This document shows positions 1-10,576 of a stretch of 53,936 nucleotides of DNA, piece after piece (position 1 is the first letter of the stretch; every line of letters starts with the position of its first letter). The stretch comes from Candidatus Binatia bacterium (GTDB lineage Bacteria > Desulfobacterota > Binatia > UTPRO1). The DNA is taken from assembly GCA_039917665.1 (NCBI GenBank), contig JBDSJB010000375.1, forward strand, positions 1 to 53,936, read 5' to 3'. The notes below the pieces were generated by a model that was given only the letters and a program-made list of their open reading frames with translations, ran no database searches and was not told where the DNA came from. A program made the position numbers and the translations under genes.

Positions 1-273
1 GGCTCGGCCTTCTACTCGCCGGCGTCGGCCGCGATCCAGATGGCGGAGGCGTACCTCAAGGATCGGAAGCGCATCCTCCCGTGCGCCGCGCTGCTCGAAG
101 GCGAGTACGGCGTGAAGGGCTTCTACGTCGGGGTGCCCGTGTTGATCGGTGCCGGAGGGGTCGAGCGCGTCATCGAGCTCGAGCTGACTGATGCCGAGAA
201 GAAAGAGTTTGCCGTTTCGGTGAGCCACGTCGAAGAGCTCGTTTCGGCGATGGACAAGATCCTCCAGGGCTGA
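1..273 (+). CDS. mdh: Malate dehydrogenase, C-terminal part (5' truncated by window edge)
   Basis: Frame open from base 1: [37 protein letters not shown]...[20 protein letters not shown] is the typical LDH-like MDH C-terminus; directly upstream of sucCD. Confidence 0.93.
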   Translation, partial: GSAFYSPASAAIQMAEAYLKDRKRILPCAALLEGEYGVKGFYVGVPVLIGAGGVERVIELELTDAEKKEFAVSVSHVEELVSAMDKILQG

Positions 274-288
274 TCGGAAAACCCCATC

Positions 289-1454
289 GTGAACATCCAC
301 GAGTTTCAAGCGAAAGAGATCCTCCGGAAGTACGGCGTGCCGCTGCTGCAAGGCAGCGTCGCGCGCTCGCCGGACGAGGTTGCCGAGGTCGCCAAGAAGC
401 TCGGCGGCACGGTCGTCGTCAAAGCGCAGATCCACGCCGGTGGTCGCGGCAAAGCCGGCGGGGTGAAGGTGGTATCGTCACCCGAGAAGGCGGCGGAGTT
501 CGCCAAGGGCTTGCTCGGGAAGACGCTCGTCACGCACCAGACCGGTCCCGACGGCCGGGTGGTCCGGCAGGTGTTGGTCGAGAGTGGCTGCGACATCGCG
601 CGCGAGCTCTACTTCGGCGTCGTCGTTGATCGCGCCACCGGCAAGGCATCGGTGATCGCGTCGCCCGAGGGCGGCGTCGAGATCGAGGAAGTCGCCGCCA
701 AGAGCCCCGACAAGATCTTCCACGAGACGATCGACCCGTCGGTCGGCTTCGCCCCCTATCAAGGCCGGCGGCTCGCGTTCCGCCTGGGCCTCCCCAAGGA
801 GCTCGTGAACAAGGCCGTGAGCTTCTTCACCGCCGTGACGCGCGCGTTCCACGAGTGCGACGCGTCGATGGTCGAGATCAATCCGCTCGTCGTGACCAAG
901 GGCGGCGATCTGATCGCGCTCGACGCCAAGGTGAGCCTCGACGACAACGCGCTCTTCCGCCACGCCGACCTCCGCGAGTACCGCGACGTCAACGAGGAAG
1001 ACCCGCGCGAAACCGAGGCCGCCAAGTACGACCTCAGCTACATCGCGCTCTCCGGTAACATCGGCTGCATGGTGAACGGCGCGGGACTCGCGATGGCGAC
1101 GATGGACATCGTGAAGTACGCGGGCGGCGAGCCGGCCAACTTTCTCGACGTCGGCGGCGGTGCCGACCAGAAGAAAGTGAGCCAAGCGTTCCGCCTCCTC
1201 CTCTCCGACGCCAGCGTGAAGGCGATCTTCATCAACGTCTTCGGCGGCATTCTCCGTTGCGACGTCTTTGCGGAGGGCGTCGTCGCCGCGGCCCGCGAGG
1301 TCGGGCTGTCGGTGCCACTCGTGGTGCGCATGGAAGGCACCAACGTCGAGCGTGGCAAACAAATCCTGAAAGAGTCGGGTCTCGCGATCGAAGCGGCCGC
1401 CGACATGGCCGAAGGCGCGAAGCTCGCAGTCGCGGCCGCCAAGCGAGGTGGCAA

Positions 1455-1458
<4 letters not shown>
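289..1458 (+). CDS. sucC: Succinyl-CoA synthetase beta subunit
   Basis: [12 protein letters not shown] start, [44 protein letters not shown] motifs; GTG start. Confidence 0.98.
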
Positions 1459-2327
<869 letters not shown>

Positions 2328-2364
2328 ACCCCATCATCCAACAGCACCTCCGGAGGAAGACGTA

Positions 2365-2793
2365 ATGGCAAGAGAGATGACGTTCGCGATCGTGAAGCCC
2401 GATGCCGTCAAGCGGAACCTGATCGGTGAGGTGATCCGTCGGATCGAGCAGAGCGGTCTGCAGGTGGCGGCAGCGCGGTTCCTCCAGCTCAGCACCAGCG
2501 AGGCGGAGGGTTTCTACGCCGTCCACCGCGAGCGCCCTTTTTTCGGCAGCCTTGTGAAGTCCATGTGCTCGGGCCCCGTCATGGTGCTCGCGCTCGAAGG
2601 CGACAACGCGATCAAGCGCTGGCGCGATCTGATGGGCGCGACGGATCCGGCGAAGGCCGATGCCGGAACGATCCGGAAAGATCTCGGCCAGAGCGTCGAG
2701 GCCAACGCGACGCACGGGTCCGATGCTCCGGAGACGGCGCGCGACGAGATCGCGTACTTCTTTCGCGGCCTCGAAGTGATGCGGCGCGACTAG
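2365..2793 (+). CDS. ndk: Nucleoside diphosphate kinase
   Basis: [32 protein letters not shown] catalytic His; GGAGG SD upstream. Confidence 0.97.
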   Translation: MAREMTFAIVKPDAVKRNLIGEVIRRIEQSGLQVAAARFLQLSTSEAEGFYAVHRERPFFGSLVKSMCSGPVMVLALEGDNAIKRWRDLMGATDPAKADAGTIRKDLGQSVEANATHGSDAPETARDEIAYFFRGLEVMRRD

Positions 2794-2803
2794 CACCCCT
2801 CGC

Positions 2804-2875
2804 GTGATCGCGCGCCTAGCGCGGTCGCTCTCGCACCCGTGTCTTGCGGAGAGGGGCACACCCGTGCTCCTCTCC
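2804..2875 (+). other. Two tandem RNA hairpins after ndk (possible terminator or stability element)
   Basis: Stem 2804-2813/2819-2828 (10 bp, two G-U) and stem GGAGAGGGGCAC 2848-2859 / GTGCTCCTCTCC 2864-2875 (12 bp, one G-U); no U-tract. Confidence 0.4.
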
Positions 2876-2879
2876 CGTC

Positions 2880-3920
2880 GTGCCGCCCCGCCAGCGTTAC
2901 CCCGCGCTCCTCGTCTATCTCCTCGGCGGTGTTCTCGGTTCGAGCATCAACCTCGTCGTCACGTACGCGCTCTATCTGGTGCTCGGACGCCCGCTGTTGG
3001 CGTTCTTCTGCGGCACCCTCGCCAACCAGCTCTTCCATCACGTCTTCTACAGCGTCGTGTACGAGAACGACGAGATCCAGATGCGCACCATCCTGCCGGT
3101 GCAGTTTCTGCTCTACGTCGTGGTCGCCGCGGCAGCCACGCTGCCGCTCCATGTCCTGCACGTGACGCTCGCCTGGCCGTTCTTTCCGGCACTGCTGGCG
3201 TGCATGCTGCTCCTCGCGCTCGTGAGCACGCTCGTCATTCGCGCGTCGACGTTCGGATCGGCGACGCTCGCAGAAGTCGAGTACCGCGACATGAACGAGA
3301 GCTTCTACGACGATCAGACCGATGCGACGAAGGTGAGCCGGTTTCGCGCCTGGTACCACACGTCGCGCTACCAGCGTCTCACTGAGCTCATCGCGTCGCA
3401 CTACCGCCGCGGGATGGCGATCGCCGATCTCGGCTGCGGCAACTGCTGGTGGAACGTCAACGGCCTTCCGGTCACGGGGCTCGACATCAACGAAAAGATG
3501 CTCGCGTGGGCGAAGCGGAATGGCCGCCTCGCCGACTATCGCGTCTGCCCGGATCTGTCGGAGCCTGGGCTTCCCGCCGGGACCTTCGACATCATCGTCA
3601 TGTCGGAGGTGCTGGAGCACCTCTTGAACGGCCCCGAGGTGCTCGCCGCCATCAAGCGGCTCCTGAAGGAGGATGGCACGTTTCTCATGACCGTGCCGTA
3701 CGACATCTTCCTCGGGCCGTTCTTCGTGACGTTCAACTTGAACTGCCTGTATCAGGGCTACGTCAAAGGCAGCGACTACCATCGCCACCGCTGCGGCCAC
3801 GTGAACCACTTCACGAAGACCAGGCTCCGCCGCACGCTCGGAGCCGCGGGGTTCACGATCGACCAGCTGTTCGTCGTGAACGGCCTGTTGCTCTACGCCG
3901 TCGTCCGCAAGTCGCGCTGA
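2880..3920 (+). CDS. GtrA-like 4-TM domain fused to class I SAM-dependent methyltransferase (start uncertain, 2844-2880)
   Basis: N-terminal ~120 aa with four hydrophobic helices (YLLGGVLGSSINLVVTYALY...); C-terminal IADLGCGNC SAM motif, FDIIVMSEVLEHL, GHVNHFT. Confidence 0.75.
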   Translation: MPPRQRYPALLVYLLGGVLGSSINLVVTYALYLVLGRPLLAFFCGTLANQLFHHVFYSVVYENDEIQMRTILPVQFLLYVVVAAAATLPLHVLHVTLAWPFFPALLACMLLLALVSTLVIRASTFGSATLAEVEYRDMNESFYDDQTDATKVSRFRAWYHTSRYQRLTELIASHYRRGMAIADLGCGNCWWNVNGLPVTGLDINEKMLAWAKRNGRLADYRVCPDLSEPGLPAGTFDIIVMSEVLEHLLNGPEVLAAIKRLLKEDGTFLMTVPYDIFLGPFFVTFNLNCLYQGYVKGSDYHRHRCGHVNHFTKTRLRRTLGAAGFTIDQLFVVNGLLLYAVVRKSR

Positions 3921-3926
3921 GCGGCG

Positions 3927-4805
3927 TCAGGCCCGGACGGCTTCGATCTCGATGCGGGCGTTCATCTTGAGCGCCGCTCCAACCGCGAGAATCGCTTTCA
4001 GCGGGAGCTTCATCAGCAGGGACATCTCGTAGCGCCCGAGGTAGACGGGCGCGTGCTCGAGATGGACCACGCGGAAGCCCGCGTCGGTGACGAGCCGGGT
4101 GAGGGTGCGCGGGGTGAAGTAGTGCAGGTGGATCGGCACGTACAGCCGCGGCAGGAGCTTCTGGGCGCTCGGTCCACCGAGCCGCGCGTAGAGATTCACC
4201 AAGACCGTCAGCAGGCAGTTCTGGTTGGGCACCGCCACGAACACCGCGCCGCCAGGCCGTAGCACGGCGTGGGCGCTCTCCAGCATCGCGAGCGGATCGG
4301 TCGTGTGCTCGACGACGTCGAGCATGGTCGCGGCATCGAAGCGCCGGCCGTCGAGCGAATCGGCCGTGAACATGCCGGTGTGGATCGAGAGATCGAACTC
4401 CTTCGCCGCCGCCGCCGCCCGTTCTTCACACAGCTCGATGCCCAGCGGTGTCCAGCCGCGCTCGCGCGCCAGGTGCATGAAGATGCCGGTCGCCGCCCCG
4501 ATGTCGAGCAGCGACCCGGGACCGCCGAGCGTCTTCTCCAGGTCCCCGAGGTGCTGCTGCATTCGCAGGATGATCGGGTCCACCACGTAGTCGCGGTGGT
4601 AGTTGTTGAAGAGGTCCTGGACCTCCGGACACGCCGCATCGACTTCGTAGTCGTTGGTCTCGGAGGCGAGCTTCTCGTCGAACGTCGGCAGCGGGTCGGC
4701 ACGCACGAGGCCGCAGTCGGAGCAGCGCAGGATGCGGCGCCATCCCATGTCGACCACGAGGCGATAGGTCCCGTTGCCGCAGATGGCACAAGGTACGGAC
4801 GTCAT
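3927..4805 (-). CDS. Class I SAM-dependent methyltransferase with N-terminal Zn-ribbon (start 4805 or 4823)
   Basis: CAICG...CSDCG pair, SLLDIGAATG SAM motif, DVVEHTTDP, LRPGG, HLHYFTPRTL; resembles MTases of glycan clusters. Confidence 0.85.
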   Translation of the reverse strand: MTSVPCAICGNGTYRLVVDMGWRRILRCSDCGLVRADPLPTFDEKLASETNDYEVDAACPEVQDLFNNYHRDYVVDPIILRMQQHLGDLEKTLGGPGSLLDIGAATGIFMHLARERGWTPLGIELCEERAAAAAKEFDLSIHTGMFTADSLDGRRFDAATMLDVVEHTTDPLAMLESAHAVLRPGGAVFVAVPNQNCLLTVLVNLYARLGGPSAQKLLPRLYVPIHLHYFTPRTLTRLVTDAGFRVVHLEHAPVYLGRYEMSLLMKLPLKAILAVGAALKMNARIEIEAVRA

Positions 4806-4907
4806 CGCCGAAGCTTGTGACATGCGGCGCGTAGGTGCGGCAAGCGAGCACGGCTTCGACGTTCGCGCGTTGACGCGCGGCGCCGCGCATGGCACGAAGT
4901 CCCGACC

Positions 4908-6167
4908 GTGCCCACGCGGGATGCCATCGGCCGTCGCGACGCTTGGTGGCTATTTTTTGGGGCCCTCGTGGTCTACGCGGCGACTTCGCCGGGCGCGACG
5001 GCCTACGATCAGTACGCGCTCTTTGCGAAGGTGCTCCTCGAGGGCGGCCTGTCGCTACCCGAACGCCCGCCGCACCTCGAGATGGCCGAGTACCTCGGCC
5101 GGGCGTACTTCACCAATCCCCCGACCCCGGCGCTGCTCATGCTGCCGGTCGTGTGGATCGCCCAGTTCGAGCCGCTGCACGCCTGGCTGGTGAAGCTGCA
5201 GGGCGGCTGGGGGCTGCCCCTCGGCTTGATGCAGACCGGCGTCTCCGTGCTCATCGGCGCCATCGACGTGGGGCTGGCGCGCGTCGCGCTCGGCCGCCTG
5301 CCGATCACGCGCGCGGCCGCGAATTGGGGCGCGTTGCTCTTCGGCTTCGGGACCATCCACTGGTACCACGCGACCATCGGGTCGGTCTGGTACTTCGCGC
5401 ACGCGACCCACGCCCTCGGGATGTGGCTCTGCCTCATCGAGTGGTTCGGCAAGGCGCGACCGCTCCTGATGGGGTTCTTCCTCGCCATCGCGTTCTGGTC
5501 GCGCATGGAGACGATCCTGGCGGTGCCGTTCGTGCTGATCGCCCGTCCGGAGCTCTGGACGCTGCCGCGCGCCGACGAAGTCATCCCACGGCTGCGGTGG
5601 CGGTGGTTGTTCACGCTCGCAGCGCCGCTGGTCGCGGTGCTCGCGCTCAACTGCCTCTACAACTTCGTCCGGTTCGGCACGATCGAGAACTGGGGCTATC
5701 GGATGCTGATCGAGAAGCCCGAGGTCGCGCCGATGTACCCGTACGGTCTTCTCAGCTGGCGCTACTGGCCGGGGCACGTGCACGTCTTCTTCAACGCGTG
5801 GCCGATCGTGCAACCGACCTTTCCGTGGATCCTCCCGTCGGTCGGCGGCACCGCCATCTGGATCACGACGCCGGCATTCCTCTACGCGTTCCGCGCGCCG
5901 CTCGATCGCCTGACGGCGGCATGCTGGGTCGGCATCCTGCTGTTCCTGTCGCTCCTGTTCCAGCATTGCGGCACGGGCATGACCCAGCTCGGCTACCGGT
6001 TCGCGCTCGATTTCTATCCGCTCCTCATCGTGCTCGTGATGCGAGGGATGGACTCGCGCGAAAAGCCGATCCGCTGGTGGCACATCGGGATCATCCTCGT
6101 CAGCATCTTCATCAATGCGTGGTCCGTCTGGGTGCTGAACATCCTGCGCATCGAGAAACTCTGGTGA
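4908..6167 (+). CDS. Polytopic membrane protein, putative GT-C fold glycosyltransferase
   Basis: 419 aa with roughly 10 hydrophobic segments; Asp in loop after first TM (ATAYDQY); YNFVRFG and GYRFALDFYP motifs resemble PMT/GT-C-like proteins. Confidence 0.6.
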   Translation: MPTRDAIGRRDAWWLFFGALVVYAATSPGATAYDQYALFAKVLLEGGLSLPERPPHLEMAEYLGRAYFTNPPTPALLMLPVVWIAQFEPLHAWLVKLQGGWGLPLGLMQTGVSVLIGAIDVGLARVALGRLPITRAAANWGALLFGFGTIHWYHATIGSVWYFAHATHALGMWLCLIEWFGKARPLLMGFFLAIAFWSRMETILAVPFVLIARPELWTLPRADEVIPRLRWRWLFTLAAPLVAVLALNCLYNFVRFGTIENWGYRMLIEKPEVAPMYPYGLLSWRYWPGHVHVFFNAWPIVQPTFPWILPSVGGTAIWITTPAFLYAFRAPLDRLTAACWVGILLFLSLLFQHCGTGMTQLGYRFALDFYPLLIVLVMRGMDSREKPIRWWHIGIILVSIFINAWSVWVLNILRIEKLW

Positions 6168-8341
6168 TCGACCAGCGCGCACCCCTCGGGTCGCGCACGG
6201 GCGAGCCGTCTCGCGCTCACCGCCTGGGTCTACGGGCGTGGCTGGTCGTTGCGACCGCGACCTTCGGCATCGCCGCGCTCGCCTGTCATCGCCTCCGCGA
6301 CTATCCGTACCCGCTCGACGTGCGAGCGGCCTTCAAGGGTCTCGCGACCGTCGTCGACGTCACCGGCATGACGGCGCTCCTCGTCTGGTCGGTGATCGCC
6401 GTCCATACGTTCGCGGTCGGCCGCTGGCTGCGTCGCCGGGCGGATCTGTCGGTGGCGGAAGCGGCTGCCGCAGCGGTGGTGCTGCTCTGGATCGGCGGCT
6501 ACCTCGCGTTGCTGCTGCTCGGCCCGACCGGCCTGTACCGGCCGGCCGTTCTGAGGACACTTCTGCTGCTCGTGGTCGCCGGAGCGCTCGCGACGACGCG
6601 GGGACGCGAGCCGCGACGCCGCTCGGTCGGCGGCGACGCGGGGGCGTGGGTCGCGGCCGCAGCATTCGCGCTCGCGGCCGGGCCGCTGTTGTTGATGCAG
6701 CTCGGCTCGCCGGTTTCGCCGTTCATGGACGTGCTGCCGTACGTCGCGGCGACGGAGAAGATCGTCACGTTCCAGTACTACGAGCCCCTTCAGAACGACG
6801 CGGCGGGCATCTGGCCGCCGTCGCGGCAGGTACCGGGTTGCGACGGCGTCCTGTCGCTGCTGGCGCTGATCACGGGACGGCAGGGGAGCGTCACCATCAC
6901 CTCATTGATCGTGCCGCTGGCGGCCTTCAACGTGCTCGCGATCTATCTCCTCGGCCGCCACCTCTCGTCCGGGCTCGCCGGCGGGATGGCGTGTCTCTTC
7001 TTGCTCCAGACGTTCTTCTGGCGCCGCAGTGCCGACGTGCGGAGCACCGCGCTCGCCTTTCCGTTGATCGCGCTCGGCCTCGTCTTCCTGCTCGGCCGGC
7101 GGCGGGGCGGCTTCCGCGCCGCGCTCGGTGGAGGCGCTCTCGGCCTCGCGGTCGCCGTGAACCCGCTGATCGGGGCATTCGGCATGCAGGTCGCGTCGCT
7201 CGGGACGATCGTCGAATGGCTCGACTTCCGACGCGGCTTCGTCGTCCGCGTGCTTGCGCTCGCCGCCGGCTGCCTGGTCGCGTTTCCCACGGTCCTGATC
7301 GGTCTCGGGGTCCGCACGCCGCTCTGGAGCCTCGCGCTCCCGGCCGTCGCCGGTGCGATCGTGCTCGCGCTGCTCGCGCGCGCGGACGGCCGCGTCCTAC
7401 GGCGCGCGCGCGGGACGCCGACGGCGTGGGCGCGCGTCGGCGTCATCCTCGGCACGGCGGCCTTCGCGCTCTACCTCCACGCCTCCCGCACCTCCGAGCT
7501 CCTCACCAACGACTGGTTCGGGTATCCGGTGCTGGCGCTCTTGACCGCCTTCGGTTTCCTCGTGCTCGCGACGGCCGTGTGGCAGCGGCCAGCCCGCGCT
7601 GCCGGCGCCGCGCTCCCGGCGCTCGCGCTGCTCATCGGCATGATCGACTTCGGCGTCGTCGGTCCGTACCGCTTTCAGGGCACGCTCGAGACTCGGGCGC
7701 TCGCCTCCGAGGTGACGCCGAAGATCACGATCTACTGGTCACCGTATTGGATGGCGCTCCTCGCGGGAGCCGCGTTCGGCATGCTCGCGCGGCGCTGGGC
7801 GCTCGTTCCGACGCTGGTCCTGGCCATGTTGCTCGTCGTGTACCCCGTCCGCTTCGTCAACGAGCCGCTCGACTTCGACGGGGCCGAGCTCTCGCTGGCA
7901 GGGACGTGGGGCTTCCACCTCACAAACGCCGCACGCGGCTACTGGGCAGGGCGGGGGGATCGGCGCTGGGTGTTGGACGGCAACTGGCGCGCCGTCACCG
8001 ATCGCCTGATGGCCGAGGTCAAGGCGGGCCGGATCGACTACCACACGCACGTGCTCGTCCTCTCGGCCGGGCTCGAGGCGGTGGAGCTACCGCTGGCGAC
8101 GGGCATCTCGGTGGACATCGTGTCGCCGCAGTTTCACGCGGACAGTCCTTGGAATCTCGGCAGCCGAGCGCGCGCGCTCGACGCAGTCCCCGCGGCATTC
8201 GGGGCGGAGCCGGAGTACGTCATCGTCAACCAGCTGCCGCCCGCATCGTTTCCCCAGCTCTCCGCCTACGATGAGCTCGCCGTCCACGACTACGTCCGTC
8301 TCTATCGTCGGAAGTCGGCCGCTTCTGTCGCGGCCTCCTGA
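6164..8341 (+). CDS. Large polytopic membrane protein, putative GT-C glycosyltransferase (paralog 1)
   Basis: GTG at 6164 overlaps previous stop (GTGA), ~725 aa; many TMs plus soluble C-terminal domain; QLGSPVSPFMD...ND and GYW..GDRRW blocks shared with the next gene. Confidence 0.7.
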   Translation: MIDQRAPLGSRTGEPSRAHRLGLRAWLVVATATFGIAALACHRLRDYPYPLDVRAAFKGLATVVDVTGMTALLVWSVIAVHTFAVGRWLRRRADLSVAEAAAAAVVLLWIGGYLALLLLGPTGLYRPAVLRTLLLLVVAGALATTRGREPRRRSVGGDAGAWVAAAAFALAAGPLLLMQLGSPVSPFMDVLPYVAATEKIVTFQYYEPLQNDAAGIWPPSRQVPGCDGVLSLLALITGRQGSVTITSLIVPLAAFNVLAIYLLGRHLSSGLAGGMACLFLLQTFFWRRSADVRSTALAFPLIALGLVFLLGRRRGGFRAALGGGALGLAVAVNPLIGAFGMQVASLGTIVEWLDFRRGFVVRVLALAAGCLVAFPTVLIGLGVRTPLWSLALPAVAGAIVLALLARADGRVLRRARGTPTAWARVGVILGTAAFALYLHASRTSELLTNDWFGYPVLALLTAFGFLVLATAVWQRPARAAGAALPALALLIGMIDFGVVGPYRFQGTLETRALASEVTPKITIYWSPYWMALLAGAAFGMLARRWALVPTLVLAMLLVVYPVRFVNEPLDFDGAELSLAGTWGFHLTNAARGYWAGRGDRRWVLDGNWRAVTDRLMAEVKAGRIDYHTHVLVLSAGLEAVELPLATGISVDIVSPQFHADSPWNLGSRARALDAVPAAFGAEPEYVIVNQLPPASFPQLSAYDELAVHDYVRLYRRKSAASVAAS

Positions 8342-8353
8342 GATGGCTCGGTC

Positions 8354-10576
8354 GTGGCTTCCCGCATGACGAGCGACGCGACCGCGCCCGCAAACCGGCC
8401 GGCGCTGCGCTGGCTCGACGCGCTCGTCGTGGCGCTGATCGCCGGCGTGTCGCTCGCGGCACTCGAGGCGGAACAGGTGAGTTACATCACCTCGACGTGG
8501 TCCAACATGCTGCCGATCCTGCCGACGACGGCATGGGCCGCGTGCAAGGTGTGGCTCTTCTGGGGCGTGACGGCATGGCTGGCGACGGCCGCCGTTCGGA
8601 TCATCGATCCGACGCTCGACCGCACCGACACGCTCCTCGCCGGCCTCATCCTGCCGTGGATCGTCGCCTGGATCACCGCCAACATCCTCGGTCCGCTCGG
8701 GCTCTTCCGCGTATGGGTGATCTGGCCCTTGCTCGGATTGCTCGCCTTCTGGATTCGCCGCACGCGCACACCACCGGTGACGATCGAGCGCGCGCCGTGG
8801 CCTCCCGGCGCGAAGCTCGCGTTCGCCGCGTTCCTGCTGCAAGCACCAGCCGCGCTCGTGTTGCAGCTCGGATCACCGGTGCCGCCGTTCATGGACATCT
8901 TCGCGACCCCGGCGGCGGCGCAACGGATCGTGACGTTCGGGCGCTATCTGCCGTTCAACAACGATCCCTATGGCTACTGGGACGCAGCGTCGCAGCTTCC
9001 GGGACTCGAGACGTTCTACGCCTTTCTCGCGATCGGCAGCGGCACGTCGCTCGCGGTGCTCGCCGAGACCGCGTTCATCGTGCCGACGACGGCCTTGCTC
9101 TTCTTCGGCACGTATCGTCTCGGCCGAGCCGTGGCGGGGGATCTCGCCGGCGGGTACGCGGCGCTGACCCTGTTCGCGACCATGCTGTTGCACGTGCTGC
9201 CGTACATGCACGGCCGCTCCAGCGCGTTCGTGCCCGCGGCCATCGGCATGGCGTTCTGCCTCGATCGCGACCGCAACGCGACGCGGCTCGTGGTCGGCGC
9301 GCTCGCGCTCGCAACCTCGGTCGCGTCACACGCGATCATCGGGATGTTCGCCATGGTCACCGTCGCAGGTGAGGTGCTCTGCTGGCTCCTCGGCGGCGGA
9401 TTCGCCCTCGGGTTCAGCGGGGTCGCGCTTCTCGCCGGGACGACGCTCGCGAGCTTTCCGACGATCGCCGTCGGCCTCCGGCTGGCGATGCCTTATCCCG
9501 TCCTCCCCGTGGTCCAGCTGCTCGGGGTGCTGATCATCGTGTTGAGCGCCCGGCGCATGGCTCATGTGCCCGCCCGTGAGCACGGGCGGATTCTCGGGTG
9601 GCTCGTCGCGGGATGGGTGGCGTGGGTGCTGCTGACGCACCCGCCGGACTGGATGACGAACAACCATCACCAGCGCTTCCCACTCCTGGTCTACGGTGGT
9701 GGCCTCGGCCTTCTGCTCGCGCTCGGGCGCGAAATCGCATTACTCATCCGTCGCCGCCTCGACGAGCCGGGACGACTGTCGGTCGCCCTTCGCCCGGTCG
9801 CCATCGCGATCTTCCTCGGATTGGCCATCGAGTACTTCGACTTGAAGAGCGGCTGGAAAACCTACGTCACCGATCCGGCAGCCCAGGTCGCGGTCGCCGA
9901 TCTCGTCTGGAAGGTCGACTACTGGTACCCGTGGGTGCTCGGCTTCGCGGCGGCGCTCGCGACGGCGCTGCTCGCCCGCGTGGTGCCCACGCGCCTCGTC
10001 ACGTACGTCGCGTTGGCCTTGTTGTTCTTTCCCTGGCGCGAGCGGTGGGTGACTCCGAGCGACCCGGGCTACGCCGATCCGAACTACCATCAGCACGCCA
10101 TCGTCGAGAGCTGGGCGTATCAACTCGAAGCCGGGAAACAGGGTTACTGGGGCAATACCCCGGACCGCCGCTGGTCGCAGAGCCCCGCCGAGTTCCACCT
10201 CTTCGACGTCCTCCGCGCCGAGATCGCGGCCGGCCGCATCACGACCGACACGCACATCGTCCAGCTCGGACCCTACACCTATCTGTACAAGGACAACTTG
10301 CTGTTCTCGGTGTTCACCGGCATCAACAGCGACCCGTACATCACCAACTACAAGTTCGATTGGAGCATCGCGGGCGGCAGGATCCGATCGATCGACGAGG
10401 CCCCGGCCCGGATCGCCGAGCATCCTCCCTACGTCGCCGTGCACCAGCGCGCCGACCCTGACCCCAGCAACGTCGACCCCACGCCATGGGCCGTCGGTCT
10501 CGAGGAGTACGTGGAGATCTTCAACCAAGACGGTGTGCGTCTGCTGCGCTACGATCCGCCCGGAGCTCGCGGATGA
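8354..10576 (+). CDS. Large polytopic membrane protein, putative GT-C glycosyltransferase (paralog 2; start 8354 or 8366)
   Basis: 740 aa; QLGSPVPPFMD...NDPYGYW, GYWGNTPDRRW, EIAAGRITTDTHI match the upstream gene. Confidence 0.75.
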   Translation: MASRMTSDATAPANRPALRWLDALVVALIAGVSLAALEAEQVSYITSTWSNMLPILPTTAWAACKVWLFWGVTAWLATAAVRIIDPTLDRTDTLLAGLILPWIVAWITANILGPLGLFRVWVIWPLLGLLAFWIRRTRTPPVTIERAPWPPGAKLAFAAFLLQAPAALVLQLGSPVPPFMDIFATPAAAQRIVTFGRYLPFNNDPYGYWDAASQLPGLETFYAFLAIGSGTSLAVLAETAFIVPTTALLFFGTYRLGRAVAGDLAGGYAALTLFATMLLHVLPYMHGRSSAFVPAAIGMAFCLDRDRNATRLVVGALALATSVASHAIIGMFAMVTVAGEVLCWLLGGGFALGFSGVALLAGTTLASFPTIAVGLRLAMPYPVLPVVQLLGVLIIVLSARRMAHVPAREHGRILGWLVAGWVAWVLLTHPPDWMTNNHHQRFPLLVYGGGLGLLLALGREIALLIRRRLDEPGRLSVALRPVAIAIFLGLAIEYFDLKSGWKTYVTDPAAQVAVADLVWKVDYWYPWVLGFAAALATALLARVVPTRLVTYVALALLFFPWRERWVTPSDPGYADPNYHQHAIVESWAYQLEAGKQGYWGNTPDRRWSQSPAEFHLFDVLRAEIAAGRITTDTHIVQLGPYTYLYKDNLLFSVFTGINSDPYITNYKFDWSIAGGRIRSIDEAPARIAEHPPYVAVHQRADPDPSNVDPTPWAVGLEEYVEIFNQDGVRLLRYDPPGARG

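Noticed and set aside
4889-8341. 1150-aa ORF as a single giant protein
   Set aside because: Its first ~425 codons overlap the real 4908-6167 gene in another frame and read as Arg/Pro-rich noise; the real gene starts at GTG 6164
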